Positions 42,872 to 55,212 of a DNA stretch of 64,000 nucleotides are shown here, piece after piece. The position numbers and the translations under genes are program-made. Below the pieces are notes generated by a model, which was not told the origin of the DNA, did not search any database, and was given only the letters and a program-made list of their open reading frames with translations. Within the stretch, counting starts at the first letter, position 1. Each line of letters opens with the position of its first letter. The stretch comes from TPA_inf: Saccharomyces (Eukaryota). Where the stretch lies: the NCBI GenBank assembly GCA_000146045.2, contig BK006949.2, positions 884,067 to 948,066 of the forward strand. The letters run 5' to 3'.

Positions 42872-43898
42872 AATTTCTAATAATTCAACAGCAATATTGC
42901 GTATAACAAACCCTACTAGTTGTAGAATAAGCTAATATGTTCGTTTCTGCTATTAAAAAAATGCCGCCGTTGTTTAGACGTTCAATGTATGATTGTAAGT
43001 GTTTCAAATATTATTTTTTGGGATGTTTCGATAGGAATGAATATAAGTAACAACTGACTTGAGACATGACTTAAGTTTACACAGGATAGTGTTCCATTCC
43101 CATTTATAAATTTTTTTGAAGCGAGAAGAAACCTAGCAAGTTGATATCAATATTTTTTTTAATGTTACTTATCTTCATTGCTAATAATTCGTGAAATGAT
43201 TGAAAATTTCCAATCCATGAACATTCAGAAGTAAGATAACAGCGTCCAATTGTAAAAGAACGCTATTATTATTGTAGATAAGAGAATAAACTTAAATAAT
43301 CGAAGGTGTTACGAATCTTCATAAAACCCAATGGGCTGATATTGACAACCGCAATGGCGATTCACGTGTTCGGTAACCACAACAGGGGCCAAGAGGAAAA
43401 CAAACTACATCAATTTTTGCAAAAGGTTAACAACGAAATGTGGGATTATTGAAAATTATAACGAAGAAACTACGTCGGACAGCAACCCCCCGATTTTTGT
43501 CGGTTGCTTTTACTGACACCATGATGTGAACCAAATTTTCTTTTGGTATTCCTCGCATAGTGTTGACTTCTTTTACCATGATAAAAATAATGAGATAAGA
43601 AGTGTTGCAGTAATATTATGTGTCACACCAGCGTGGCTGCCATATTTGAGACGGATTCGTCCGGTGGATGTGATGGATCCGTTTAATGCTGATCTCTCCT
43701 GCATTTTTTGTGAAAAATCAGATATCAATTATTGGTCTATCTGCTTTTGCCTGTTTGTTTTTTTTTCATTATAGAGTTCCTCAGTGAGTGGGATTGATGA
43801 TGCGCACGGCACAATTGAAGCATTTGCTTATCAAAACATAAATATCTCCGTACCCAAATAGGAAAAACGCGTTAATGCAAAGTTGACACGTTCAGTTA

Positions 43899-44228
43899 CT
43901 ATTTCCTGAAATAATAATACAGCCCACAAAAACCCACCAATGACGCTTTTGTTGCTGAATCAGACGTTAAGTGCTGCTGCCTCCTCTGTTCTGCGCCGCC
44001 GGTTGTCTCATTACCTTTTCTGCCTATGATGATTGTATTGCAAGGCCCGAGTGGTTGCGTATGCCACGTACGAAAAGTTGTTACCGTGCCGTCACATCCC
44101 CTGCAAAGAATGTGGTACGGCACACTCCTGCTAGCTTGAGGCCCTATTCCAATGGCAATTGAGATGCTGCTTTCTCCTCTTACAATGTATGTTGATGCTT
44201 CCACTAAAAGAGGGATGAGAGAATTCAT
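43899..44228 (-). CDS. YPR195C, 109-aa ORF of doubtful coding status
   Basis: An ORF of this size and position corresponds to the dubious ORF YPR195C. No recognisable domain, low complexity, and it sits in an otherwise ORF-free AT-rich gap. Confidence 0.2.
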   Translation of the reverse strand: MNSLIPLLVEASTYIVRGESSISIAIGIGPQASRSVPYHILCRGCDGTVTTFRTWHTQPLGPCNTIIIGRKGNETTGGAEQRRQQHLTSDSATKASLVGFCGLYYYFRK

Positions 44229-47200
44229 TTGACTGTGCAGTCAAATCTGTGATCTTTCTATTCTTGCTTATCTATATTCTGCCCTATTTATTTTTAGTAA
44301 AGTTTCGTATTTACATTTTTCATCATAGATCGCACCAGCGCGTGGGGCTCTTTCATTATCATCTCAACTAAATGACATACATTGCAAATACGTGAAATGA
44401 GCTGACTCAAAAAGAAATATTCTGAACTGTGAATACCAAACAAACTTAAAATAGCTGAAATTCACGTGTTGAATTACCGCATCGGTTAAGGAAAGGGAAA
44501 GTTTCTTCTCTAAATAAGGAGGAGCCTTTGCACATATGTAGATTATGTAAATACTATACTCTTTTTTTGCTTTTAGTACTTGGTATCCTACTAAATCTTT
44601 ATTTTCTTTCGTTAGTGAAAAATATGAATTGAAGGATCAGTTCCTTCAAAAAGGTAAGAAAAGAAATGGACCATTCGATTAATGCTGGCACCAACATTCC
44701 ACAGCACGGAATACAATTTTTGGTGTCCTTTACTTCAAGATTTGTTACTACGTGCGGCTTAGAATAACTTCATTATTTATCTAAACGACCCATAATTTTC
44801 GATGCTAAAGTCTAAAGTTGAGCAGGTAAGTTTATTAAAAACGTCTTTTTCATTACTGCTCTAGCGGGTAAAAGTCAATGACAGCAGACGCGGCAAGTTG
44901 TGACGCCTCATCGGATCCAAGAAACATTTATTTTTGCGTGCACGAGTAATCTAGCGAAACAATTTCCAAAAAATAAGTGAAAGAATATCTACTAATGCTT
45001 AGGATTACCAAATTCAAAAATAACCCTTTTAAAGTATAAACTTTGCATTTCAGAGATTCTCTGGCATGGCAAATATTACGAATAAGGAAAGCAAGGTAAG
45101 ATATATTAGAAGGACCAAATTGTTAAAGAGACATCTAACAGGTGAGTTTGAAAAGTAATATATGGAAAGGATGGTAATACAGATTTAGCGCAAATAATAG
45201 TTGTATTATCAAATGAAATGTGAACTTTTTTATATGAAAGTCCATAGGGTAGACTACTGTCGCCATAATTTCGTAGAAGAAGAGAAATTCATGATAGGCG
45301 TCAGCATTATTACAGGCGCGGGTCTTAAATTTATGGAACTATAATTGTTGTAATTAAGATGAGGCCAAGATTAGGTGGGTAATATGTTTCATGCTTTTTA
45401 CTACTACTGCAAGATTTTTTTTTCCACAAAGTTTATTTGTTGGCATTTCTAGTTACGAAACTCTCGTTGCTAACATCATGTTAGTCTGACAAGTTACATA
45501 TTCGTTTCGACGTCGCCATTCTACGCACTTAGGCCAAATAACACATCTCTTTTACATTTGAAATTGCTACCATTTATTCCTGTTCGATCTTAAGATTGAC
45601 TAAACCATAATCCGAGCCTAATATTCACGTTTAGGCGGGGGGTACTAAATCACAAAAAACAAGTGGCGAGCGAAGACCTTTTCAATTCTAATAACTCAGT
45701 TACACCCTCAACTTGTAATCAATGTACAAAACACAGTAAAATCGAAGATAAGAGATGTAAAACCATAGAGACAATTTGAAAACCTATAAACACACGTTTT
45801 ATACTTTATCGTTATTACGAAAAATCAATTTTTGCTCGACCAAAAGCAGCCTTCGGACTGATATATCTAGGTCCGTTAGTTTAGTAGCTGTTGAGGTCAT
45901 TGTAACCTCATGTACACCCTTAGGATCTTGAAGTTGCTGCTCTTTACTTCAGAGCATCTCTCATTTCGATGACTTCGCATTTTTTTGAATACTGCCTTCC
46001 CACTCCCATCTTTTACAGCTTCCTAACGATACTACGATACTACGATGCTACATATTACAGAGATACAAAATAATAACTCTTATAAGAAAGAAAAATAATA
46101 TGTATTGTACAAATTACACTATTAACGAACAAGAAATGGGCTCTAGTGGAAGAGTTAAATCACAGAGAAGGGGTTAAATATCTCTTTGAGTAAAAAGTTT
46201 AAAGAGCAAAGATTATTTGTTTTGTAAGAACCATTGCAGATAACTTTTCCTGTTTCTTACCTCCGAACAAATCCATGTCGCCCATATCACCAAACTTTGA
46301 ACCATGACCATGTTGGAGGTACGCAATTATCTGTATCATTATAGATCAATTTAGTGCTCGGAAGTCAAGTGCACAATGAAAGTCATGCAAAAAGTTTGTG
46401 GCTTAGCATCTCGTGAGGATATGGAAGACTATATGGAAGGCTGCTCTGTTTAGTCACATGATTCTTTCCCAACTCTTTCGCCAGCTTGCGTGTTCTTTTT
46501 TACTCTAGCAAAAAAATCGAGCCGGAGTTAATGACCGGAAATACACGGATTTCATATTAAAGTTTTTTGAGCAACACGTAAGGTAAAAGTCACAATCATG
46601 TTCACCTAAGTGATATCGTACGATAGTTGCGTATCTGTGCTAATACTCGCCGAAACGTAATCCTTTAAAAGTACCTTCGTATCATTGCATCATTAGAGAC
46701 GCCTAATAGGAATGTTATAGGTGTATCCAAATCTCACCTTGAATGTGCTTGGCATAAGTATACAACTGTAGCATAAAGAACCCTCGTTTTACTTTCTCCG
46801 GCTTATGCAAAGTATAAGTTAATCCCTGCCTAGTTTTTTTCTCACCGTTTTTCGTAGTTTAAATCTGCAATGCAGATTTAAAGTTTTTCTTTTCTCTAGC
46901 AGCACTCGTGGAAGTAAAAGATTTTTTCTTTCAAATTGCCTACACCGAAGGATGTGAACGATTGCCTTCTTGAACTCAAACTATGGAAGTCTTCGTATGA
47001 TTTTAGATGATTTGTTTTGGCTAATATCAAAGTATCCACGTATATCCCCATGACACCGCGATACATACTTGCGATGCGGCAATTAAAAGTCGTCATTGTA
47101 TTGTTCACACTTAAAAGGTTCAAACCTGCAATATCGTCCGGATGACTGCTTGCGTTACTATATATTTTTTGCTGTAATTCAGGCCACTCCGGGTTTAATC

Positions 47201-47309
47201 ATCCGTTCCTGTATATTAATACTATATACGGAAAGCAGAGACAGAGCTTCGAGAAGTTTTATATCCTGTGGAAAAAAACTAACAATCAAAATTTCTGCCT
47301 TGAAGGAAT

Positions 47310-48722
47310 ATGAGTATTGTAAGACAGTCATGTGATTGCTGTCGCGTTCGTCGAGTGAAGTGTGATAGGAATAGACCGTGTGATCGTTGCCGTCAGCGCA
47401 ATTTGAGATGCACTTATTTACAACCGTTAAGGAAACGAGGTCCCAAGTCCATCGGAGAAAGCAACCTTGAAAGAGCAGCTGAAATACAGATGGTGACTGT
47501 AAACAATAACATCATGGCGGCCCCAGTAATGTATAAAAAGGTTCCAAAGAAGGTGATTGATCAATGTTTGAGACTATATCACGATCAACTATACGTGATT
47601 TGGCCAATGCTCAGTTACGATGATCTTTACAAGCTTTTGGAGGAAAATTATGAGGACTGCAGCACTTATTGGTTTTTAGTGTCTCTATCTGCAGCAACTC
47701 TTAGTGATCTGCATACAAAAATAGAATACAAGAAGGGATTTTTTTTTGCTGGAGAACAATTGTGTAATCTTTGTATGTCATCGCGACGGTTTTTCGACGA
47801 TCTCAGTAATAGTGATATATTTCGAATTATGACATATTATTGTTTGCATCGTTGTTATGCACAGTTTGCTGATACAAGAACCTCATACAGACTTTCTTGT
47901 GAGGCTATTGGCCTCATAAAAATAGCTGGATTTCATCGGGAAGAAACTTATGAGTTTCTTCCATTTGGTGAGCAACAACTTATAAGAAAGGTTTACTATC
48001 TGCTTCTCATGACAGAGAGGTACTATGCCGTATACATTAAATGTGTAACAAGTTTGGATACCACTATATCTCCACCACAACCCGAAATCGTAACTGATTC
48101 CCGACTTTCTTTGGATAGTTTTCTTGAGGTGATTAAAGTATTCACTGTTCCTGGGAAATACTTTTACGATGCCTTAGCTACCAACAGTGTTAATGGTTCC
48201 TATACTGAAGACTCTCTAAAAAGGATATGGAATGAACTTCACATAAGCTCACTTGATATAGAGCCATACTCTTACGGATACATAGACTATCTCTTTTCTC
48301 GGCACTGGGTCAGGACTCTAGCATGGAAGTTGGTACTAAATAAGAAGGATATGCGGATGAATTTTTTTTCGAATACTAACGCCACACACATTCCAGTCGA
48401 AATAGCCAAGGATATGTTACAGGATACACTTTTAACTCCAATCGACCTATATGATGTGCATGGTCCTGTGATACCAATGAAGGCGCTAGAAATAGCCAAT
48501 GCATTGGTAGACGTCGTAAGTAAGTATGATCACAATATGAAGTTGGAGGCTTGGAATATTTTGTGCGATGTATCTAAGTTCGTTTTCTCCCTGAAACATT
48601 GCAATCATAAAATGTTTCAAAGGTTTTCAACTAAATGTCAGAGTGCTCTAATCGATTTGCCTATCTCTAGACCACTGCGCCTAAATGATGATTCCAAGGA
48701 TGAAGTCGACATTATTCCCTAA
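47310..48722 (+). CDS. YPR196W, Zn(II)2Cys6 binuclear-cluster DNA-binding protein related to MAL activators, 470 aa
   Basis: N-terminal CDCCRVRRVKCDRNRPCDRCRQRNLRC is a Zn2Cys6 cluster. The remainder resembles the fungal-specific transcription-factor middle region; 470 aa. Confidence 0.85.
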   Translation: MSIVRQSCDCCRVRRVKCDRNRPCDRCRQRNLRCTYLQPLRKRGPKSIGESNLERAAEIQMVTVNNNIMAAPVMYKKVPKKVIDQCLRLYHDQLYVIWPMLSYDDLYKLLEENYEDCSTYWFLVSLSAATLSDLHTKIEYKKGFFFAGEQLCNLCMSSRRFFDDLSNSDIFRIMTYYCLHRCYAQFADTRTSYRLSCEAIGLIKIAGFHREETYEFLPFGEQQLIRKVYYLLLMTERYYAVYIKCVTSLDTTISPPQPEIVTDSRLSLDSFLEVIKVFTVPGKYFYDALATNSVNGSYTEDSLKRIWNELHISSLDIEPYSYGYIDYLFSRHWVRTLAWKLVLNKKDMRMNFFSNTNATHIPVEIAKDMLQDTLLTPIDLYDVHGPVIPMKALEIANALVDVVSKYDHNMKLEAWNILCDVSKFVFSLKHCNHKMFQRFSTKCQSALIDLPISRPLRLNDDSKDEVDIIP

Positions 48723-49967
48723 ATGAACTTTATCTTCTTACAGTTTCAACATCTTGTGACCTGATGATTTTCCTCAAATGAACTTTTGCGTTTTCATTGA
48801 GAAAATTTCATTATACTTTATTTTTTTTATAAATGGGTACCAAGGCATTAAATATAGATCTGGTTTACTAATCTGAAGAAATTGTTTTCAACCACATAAT
48901 TTGTGCAATTTGGCGCTATACAAAGCCCATGTTGGCTACATTAGTCTTTGAATCCTTTAGATTGCCTGAATCAATAGCTCATTCAAAATATTTTGGACAA
49001 TCGATAGTTAACTGTAACATGTGCTGCTATATAGTGGCAATCTAGATGCATGTATCTTATATGATTAAGTATAAAAGAACCACAGCAAAGCTAAACGTAA
49101 ATAAGTAGTTTAGAAAGTACTGGATATGAGTTAAGAATCTGTTAATTGAGCATGACATGAAAATTTTGTATTAAAGCAATATGAGTCGTCACATTAAATA
49201 TATGAAACTACGGGAATTACCATCATATTGGTCATGATTAATAATAAACCAATCAGCATGTTTTTACCTCTATTATATTAGTCTTGGACCCGTATTCAAC
49301 CTTCATTAATATTATCTTTTTACCTTTGTTCATAAACACAATACATTGTTTTTGCAAAATATAACAAAAAAGATTAAGGAAGAGGACCATGTACACTACG
49401 ATCTTACTTTTGAAATAGAATTTGTTTATTTTTTCAAGATGTTAAACGAAGATGGTGAGTAATATTCACAAAACATTGTAAAAATATTACTTGCTTCATT
49501 CTGCGAATTGTTCAAACCCGTAAAGAAAATTTCTAGTATATGATATATGCATAATATCAATAGCTTTACAAAAATAGAATCCGAAAACTATCTAGAAGTT
49601 TACTCGTTTCTCAAGTTTTATTTAACAAAACATAGACGAGCTTTATTTCGTGTGAAGAAGTGAAGAAGCTTTAACAAAACTGTATTTCTAAAAGAACGTT
49701 ACTATACAATAAATTATAAAACTGCATTAACCAATGAAAAAAAGCACTATTAATCGAAACTCGAATATGCAATATTGTTAATGTAAATTAAGCTATCGGT
49801 CCGTTTATTTTTCTATCGAAAAGCGGCTTAGTTAGAATGGTTGATAAACGGCTGCGCTTCGTAAAAAGAAATGACATCTTGGAACTACTTTAAATAGAAG
49901 TTTAAATCTCATGATCATGCTCATCTGTTTGTACAACACATAAGCTTCACCGTCAGACATATATGCA

Positions 49968-51599
49968 ATGAAGAGTACTTTGAGTTTAACTTTATGTGTT
50001 ATATCGCTTCTATTAACCCTTTTTCTGGCGGCCTTGGATATTGTTATAGTGGTTACTTTATATGATACAATTGGCATTAAGTTCCATGACTTCGGCAATA
50101 TTGGTTGGTTAGTTACTGGATATGCTCTTTCTAATGCTGTTTTCATGTTATTATGGGGTCGCTTGGCCGAAATACTTGGTACAAAGGAGTGCTTAATGAT
50201 TTCTGTTATTGTATTTGAAATAGGGTCTTTGATTTCTGCTCTTTCGAATTCAATGGCGACTCTGATTAGCGGAAGAGTCGTTGCTGGGTTTGGAGGAAGT
50301 GGAATTGAATCACTTGCTTTTGTAGTTGGAACATCCATTGTCCGAGAAAACCATAGAGGAATTATGATAACGGCACTCGCTATATCGTATGTCATTGCAG
50401 AGGGAGTCGGGCCTTTTATTGGTGGTGCATTTAATGAACATTTGTCTTGGAGATGGTGCTTTTATATAAATCTTCCAATCGGTGCGTTTGCGTTCATAAT
50501 ATTGGCATTTTGTAACACATCTGGAGAACCACATCAAAAAATGTGGCTACCATCAAAAATCAAAAAAATTATGAACTATGACTATGGCGAATTATTGAAA
50601 GCAAGTTTTTGGAAGAATACATTTGAAGTACTTGTATTTAAACTAGACATGGTTGGGATTATTTTATCTTCAGCAGGCTTTACACTACTGATGTTAGGTC
50701 TTTCATTTGGTGGAAACAACTTCCCATGGAATTCGGGTATCATTATTTGCTTTTTTACCGTGGGCCCTATCTTATTGTTACTATTTTGTGCTTACGACTT
50801 TCATTTTCTGTCATTATCGGGGCTTCACTATGACAACAAGCGGATCAAACCGTTACTGACATGGAATATTGCCTCAAATTGTGGCATATTTACAAGCTCC
50901 ATAACAGGATTCCTTTCTTGCTTTGCTTATGAATTACAGTCTGCTTATTTAGTCCAGCTTTATCAACTAGTATTTAAAAAAAAGCCTACATTAGCGAGTA
51001 TACATCTTTGGGAACTATCAATTCCAGCTATGATTGCAACTATGGCCATAGCATATCTAAATTCAAAATATGGCATCATCAAACCGGCAATTGTTTTTGG
51101 TGTGCTTTGTGGGATTGTTGGATCTGGTTTATTTACGCTAATCAATGGCGAACTCTCTCAGTCAATAGGTTATTCAATTCTCCCAGGAATAGCTTTTGGT
51201 AGTATTTTCCAAGCAACGTTATTAAGCTCCCAGGTGCAGATAACATCAGACGATCCAGACTTTCAAAACAAGTTTATTGAAGTCACAGCTTTCAACTCGT
51301 TCGCCAAATCCTTGGGCTTTGCGTTTGGAGGGAATATGGGGGCAATGATATTCACTGCATCACTCAAAAACCAGATGCGCTCTTCCCAATTAAACATACC
51401 ACAATTTACGTCTGTAGAAACACTTTTAGCGTATAGCACAGAACATTATGATGGCCCCCAATCTTCACTATCAAAGTTCATAAACACAGCTATCCATGAC
51501 GTTTTTTACTGCGCCTTAGGATGCTATGCTCTTTCATTCTTCTTTGGAATATTCACTTCGAGTAAGAAAACAACAATATCAGCCAAAAAGCAACAATGA
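49968..51599 (+). CDS. SGE1: SGE1 (YPR198W), MFS drug:H+ antiporter (crystal violet / cationic dye resistance), 543 aa
   Basis: 543-aa protein with ~14 predicted TM helices and an MFS motif region (GRLAEILGTKE). Confidence 0.9.
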   Translation: MKSTLSLTLCVISLLLTLFLAALDIVIVVTLYDTIGIKFHDFGNIGWLVTGYALSNAVFMLLWGRLAEILGTKECLMISVIVFEIGSLISALSNSMATLISGRVVAGFGGSGIESLAFVVGTSIVRENHRGIMITALAISYVIAEGVGPFIGGAFNEHLSWRWCFYINLPIGAFAFIILAFCNTSGEPHQKMWLPSKIKKIMNYDYGELLKASFWKNTFEVLVFKLDMVGIILSSAGFTLLMLGLSFGGNNFPWNSGIIICFFTVGPILLLLFCAYDFHFLSLSGLHYDNKRIKPLLTWNIASNCGIFTSSITGFLSCFAYELQSAYLVQLYQLVFKKKPTLASIHLWELSIPAMIATMAIAYLNSKYGIIKPAIVFGVLCGIVGSGLFTLINGELSQSIGYSILPGIAFGSIFQATLLSSQVQITSDDPDFQNKFIEVTAFNSFAKSLGFAFGGNMGAMIFTASLKNQMRSSQLNIPQFTSVETLLAYSTEHYDGPQSSLSKFINTAIHDVFYCALGCYALSFFFGIFTSSKKTTISAKKQQ

Positions 51600-53809
51600 A
51601 CAATTTTCCAACGTATAAATTAACTTATCGTAGTTCGATAAAACTAGACAGTACTTATATATTATCTAACATCAGATGGTTTGTCTTTCATTATTTATTT
51701 AGTGATTAATGCTAGCTTTAAGCAAGCTTAGTTGCCTCAAGAAAGATTAATATTAAGCTACTGAGGATATAGCATTCGAATATAAAGATATAATCAAAGC
51801 TCATAATTACAAAATACCCTGTGATTAGGATATCATTATTACTAACAACACCGTTCCTAAACTAGCAGAAAGTTGACCAACTGTATAAAAATTAAATTTG
51901 TTCGTAAATACATATACATAAAATCCGCATTAAATGTGGACTTTCAGTTGAGCAAGTGTTAATGAATATCGTAGGATAGCAAATGAAGATTCGAATTTGA
52001 TGAGGTCTCTTGTTCCGAGAACTATTGTTTAAGCCAAACCAGATTCAGTGTCTGTACTAAACAGTTGTCACAGAAAGGTGGTAGCTTTACTTTCCGTACA
52101 TTAAATACAGAAAAATTACCACTTCTGTTGAAAATACTGTTTTGTGGGTTGGGATAATATAATCGTATATAATATCAATAAAACTGTTAATAAACTCTCG
52201 AGGATCTGATGTTGATTTTTCCCGTCATTCCACAAACTCTGATGCCTGAAAAGGTGAAATATAAAAAGCGGGACATTGATAATCCTTGGATTATTCCATC
52301 TCCAATATTGGAACAATAGAGATCGTGAGTCTTGAACTATAGCTAGTAAAGGCATTTTCTTTTTGCCGCCCTTTCAGTGTTACTTTCTTTCAACTAGTTT
52401 ATCGATACTTTTCGGGCTTACAGCTCCTATGTGGATATGTGAATACTCATGCTGACACTGAAGGATTATTGGTATTGGCCGGTTGTGTTTTTTCTATACA
52501 TAGCAATAGTTCAAATGTCAATGACCAAAAGAATAGGAATTTTTTTAAAATACAAGGCTGATGAAGTATCAGTTACTAGATGACCACTCTTATAAAAAAA
52601 CTCAGAAATCTTCCAAACATTGTCTGCTCAAAGAGGTACCTATTCGTTTTCTGTGCAACTTCATCAATTTCTCAAAAAAATCTCATTGATGTTCTCTTAA
52701 TGGATTGCCCCCCTGAGTTGTACGCTGGACCCATTGACTTTGACTGGTAGTGTCAGAACAATCTTGAATGATTAAAAATTGGTAGGTCCCCTTGTTTTTT
52801 GTTTTGTATCCATCCAATGGTATGATTCTTTATATTTTATTAAACTTATACTCGGGAAATCTTAAAAGAGCTGCTTTGACGAACGCTTATAAGTACATAC
52901 AGAAATTGGAAATCATTATCGCTTATGTTCTGTGACCTACTAATTGCATTCTTCCTTACGTAAAAAGACCTGAAACTAACCAATAAACTGCCATGGATAC
53001 GTCCATACGAAGGACGATAAATCAATTTGTAATAGTCCAAAAAAATTCCATCAAATATCAGCTCCAAATTGGCAACTGTTTAACTTGCGTTGCCCGATTA
53101 CTTGATATCCCTTATTGTGAACATCATGACAAAACGAAATGAGAAAAGACCTTTCCTTTCCATTAATCATTAGTAATTAAAAATTTCTTAACTTCTTTTC
53201 GATCAATTACAATATATGTATACTTGCGTGCACATTGCAATTTTACTTAACCATGCATAGCAGAGGCTCTTCTACTTTACTATAATATGTTTACAACAAA
53301 GTTATAAAAAGTTTTCTCAAACCTTTTCCATGGTGAATGGATAACTAAGGGTTCCAATCAATGTTATGAAGAATTCCAAGTTAATCGACGAAAAGCGTTT
53401 GGAAAGGAATTATATAAACGTAAACATGAAAAATATTCATCGAATACTCCACATCGATCGTATTACAGTGTTTTAGTAAATGTTTGTATTTGAATCAAAG
53501 TTTCAGCATTTGTTCTACACTGATAAAATCATGGTTCTAGTATAGTGAAACATACGCCCAAGTTATCCTAGTACAAGACCGCCATATTGTGCTCATAATC
53601 GGGAACAATGAAAATAACACCCTAACAATTGCTGAAACTTGTCGTACGCGATCCCTAATTACATTATCAAGCATTCAGCATTGGTCAATACCTCAATACC
53701 TCGACAAGAAAAAAGAAATAGACACGTGTATGTCAAGGCATTAAGAAGGGTATCAGGCCTAGTGCTCGCCTCTTGCCTTCCCAATTTGTTGAACATCTTT
53801 GACATATAA

Positions 53810-53940
53810 TTTGATTTTGAAATAGTTATTGGACTTCCATTTTAAATAAAGGCTCTATCATTAACTATACAGAATATACTAGTAACGTGAATACTAGTCG
53901 ATAGACGATAAATTAATACTTTTTCCAATAAAATCTAAAC
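53810..53940 (-). mobile_element. Degenerate, internally deleted Ty1/Ty2 delta LTR fragment (solo-LTR relic)
   Basis: The minus-strand sequence aligns by eye with the delta consensus: …ttattggacttccattttaaataaaggctctatcattaactatacagaatatactag | taacgtgaatactagtcgatagacgata… versus …TTGGGATTCCATTGTTGATAAAGGCTATAATATTAGGTATACAGAATATACTAG…ATATACTAGTAATGTAAATACTAGTTAGTAGATGATA. An internal ~150-bp segment is missing. This is from memory of the delta sequence, not a search. Confidence 0.5.
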
Positions 53941-54081
53941 GCATGCAAGTACATAAATAGGCGAAGGTATCTGACCGTAATAATCTTCACGCCATCTATA
54001 TAAATAAATGAAAAATTCGGCTTTTAACTTATATATTAACAATAAGAAAGACAATGTTGCGCTGTGCTTACAGGAAGAATA

Positions 54082-54966
54082 TTATAATTTTGACGAAAAG
54101 ACCTTAATGAAATGCTTGAGGCTAATTAAAATATCAAAATTAGAACACGTAGCACTTTTCTTAAGTTCTGTTCCCAAAATTTCAAGGTCAAATGTGTTAA
54201 CCTTTGGATGCACTTTCATAAAACTCCAAATATCCATCGCACTTAATAGGACGTCCCCTCCAAAAGCATCCACTGTATAATACTGTCTTGGATGGAAACC
54301 CTGCCTAATCACCATGCTCGCTGCCGCTGTTTCTATTGCATTAGTGTTTTCAGTAATGAAATTATTTGGCTCCTTTATTTCAGTCCCACTAAACTCCAAA
54401 AAGGTACTATCAAGTTCCCCATTAAAGTCACCAAACGTATGAATCTCACTCATTGCATCATTTAGAAAAGAATAGCCTGGTATGTCATTTGAGAGATTCG
54501 TACAGCCTATGGGATAGAAGGACCGATCAAAGGAATTCAACGGTGACGGCACTGTACAATTCTTTCCAACACACACTGAGAGCAGTTGCTTGAAAAATAC
54601 GTAGCATTGTTGTATTTCAAGGGAATTATATGTGGAGGAAAGAACCACACTACCATCGAGAGTGTTACATGTGGGCGGTTTTTCTTCACAACAGGCCTTA
54701 CTAATGTTCCGTTCATCAGAAGGCATGTTCCTCTCAGTCAAAAGACTCCTCAACATAAAATGGAGAAGTTCATTTTCCTTCTTTAATATGTGAATTTGAT
54801 CATTTGTTACCGTTAGCTGAGCTTCTTTCTTCTCTAGTTCTTCTAATCTTTCCAACTTTCGTTTTCTAAATGCGTTTTGGGATGCTCTAAGTTGCGCAGC
54901 TCTCTTATTTTTAGGTGGAGTAAGTGAAGGCTTCCTGCCGCCTTTTCTTCCACGCGGTTTTGCCAT
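54082..54966 (-). CDS. ARR1: ARR1 / YAP8 (YPR199C), bZIP transcription factor activating arsenic-resistance genes, 294 aa
   Basis: N-terminus MAKPRGRKGGRKPSLTPPKNKRAAQLRASQNAFRKRKLERLEELEKKE: a Yap-family basic region followed by a leucine zipper (ORF-track adds 4 codons). C-terminal Cys residues are present for arsenite sensing. Confidence 0.9.
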   Translation of the reverse strand: MAKPRGRKGGRKPSLTPPKNKRAAQLRASQNAFRKRKLERLEELEKKEAQLTVTNDQIHILKKENELLHFMLRSLLTERNMPSDERNISKACCEEKPPTCNTLDGSVVLSSTYNSLEIQQCYVFFKQLLSVCVGKNCTVPSPLNSFDRSFYPIGCTNLSNDIPGYSFLNDAMSEIHTFGDFNGELDSTFLEFSGTEIKEPNNFITENTNAIETAAASMVIRQGFHPRQYYTVDAFGGDVLLSAMDIWSFMKVHPKVNTFDLEILGTELKKSATCSNFDILISLKHFIKVFSSKL

Positions 54967-55212
54967 TATCTTGGTCACTTATCTTCCGTTTTGACATGTT
55001 TTTTCAACGGCCGCTCCTTAAAGACCATCCGCATGCTAGAATTATATACTAATATGATTTTGTAAAGATAGGAATATTATAATTATAATTATATTTAATT
55101 TAATAAGAAAAGAAACGAAAAAAAAAAAAAAAATGGAATTAAAAAGTTTTGCCGTACATAAAATATTGAAAAGACTTTTACATTAATGCTGGAACAATAA
55201 AGCTTGAGGAGC

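Noticed and set aside
44309-44319. 11/11 ACS match (ATTTACATTTT) in the ORF-free gap
   Set aside because: ACS matches are frequent in AT-rich DNA. Without a B-element context or other data it cannot be called an origin.
43364-44468. Two CACGTG E-boxes (43364 and 44463) flanking YPR195C
   Set aside because: The expected frequency of a 6-mer palindrome makes two occurrences in ~1 kb unremarkable.
46230-46330. Short minus-strand peptide MIQIIAYLQHGHGSKFGDMGDMDLFGGKKQEK… that looked vaguely like an acidic C-terminal tail
   Set aside because: It is only ~45 codons and I cannot match it to any known family. It is mentioned only as a weak hint in the gap finding.
49832-50395. 187-aa minus-strand ORF overlapping the SGE1 start (position of dubious ORF YPR197C)
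   Set aside because: Antisense overlap with the well-supported MFS transporter gene, with no recognisable fold.
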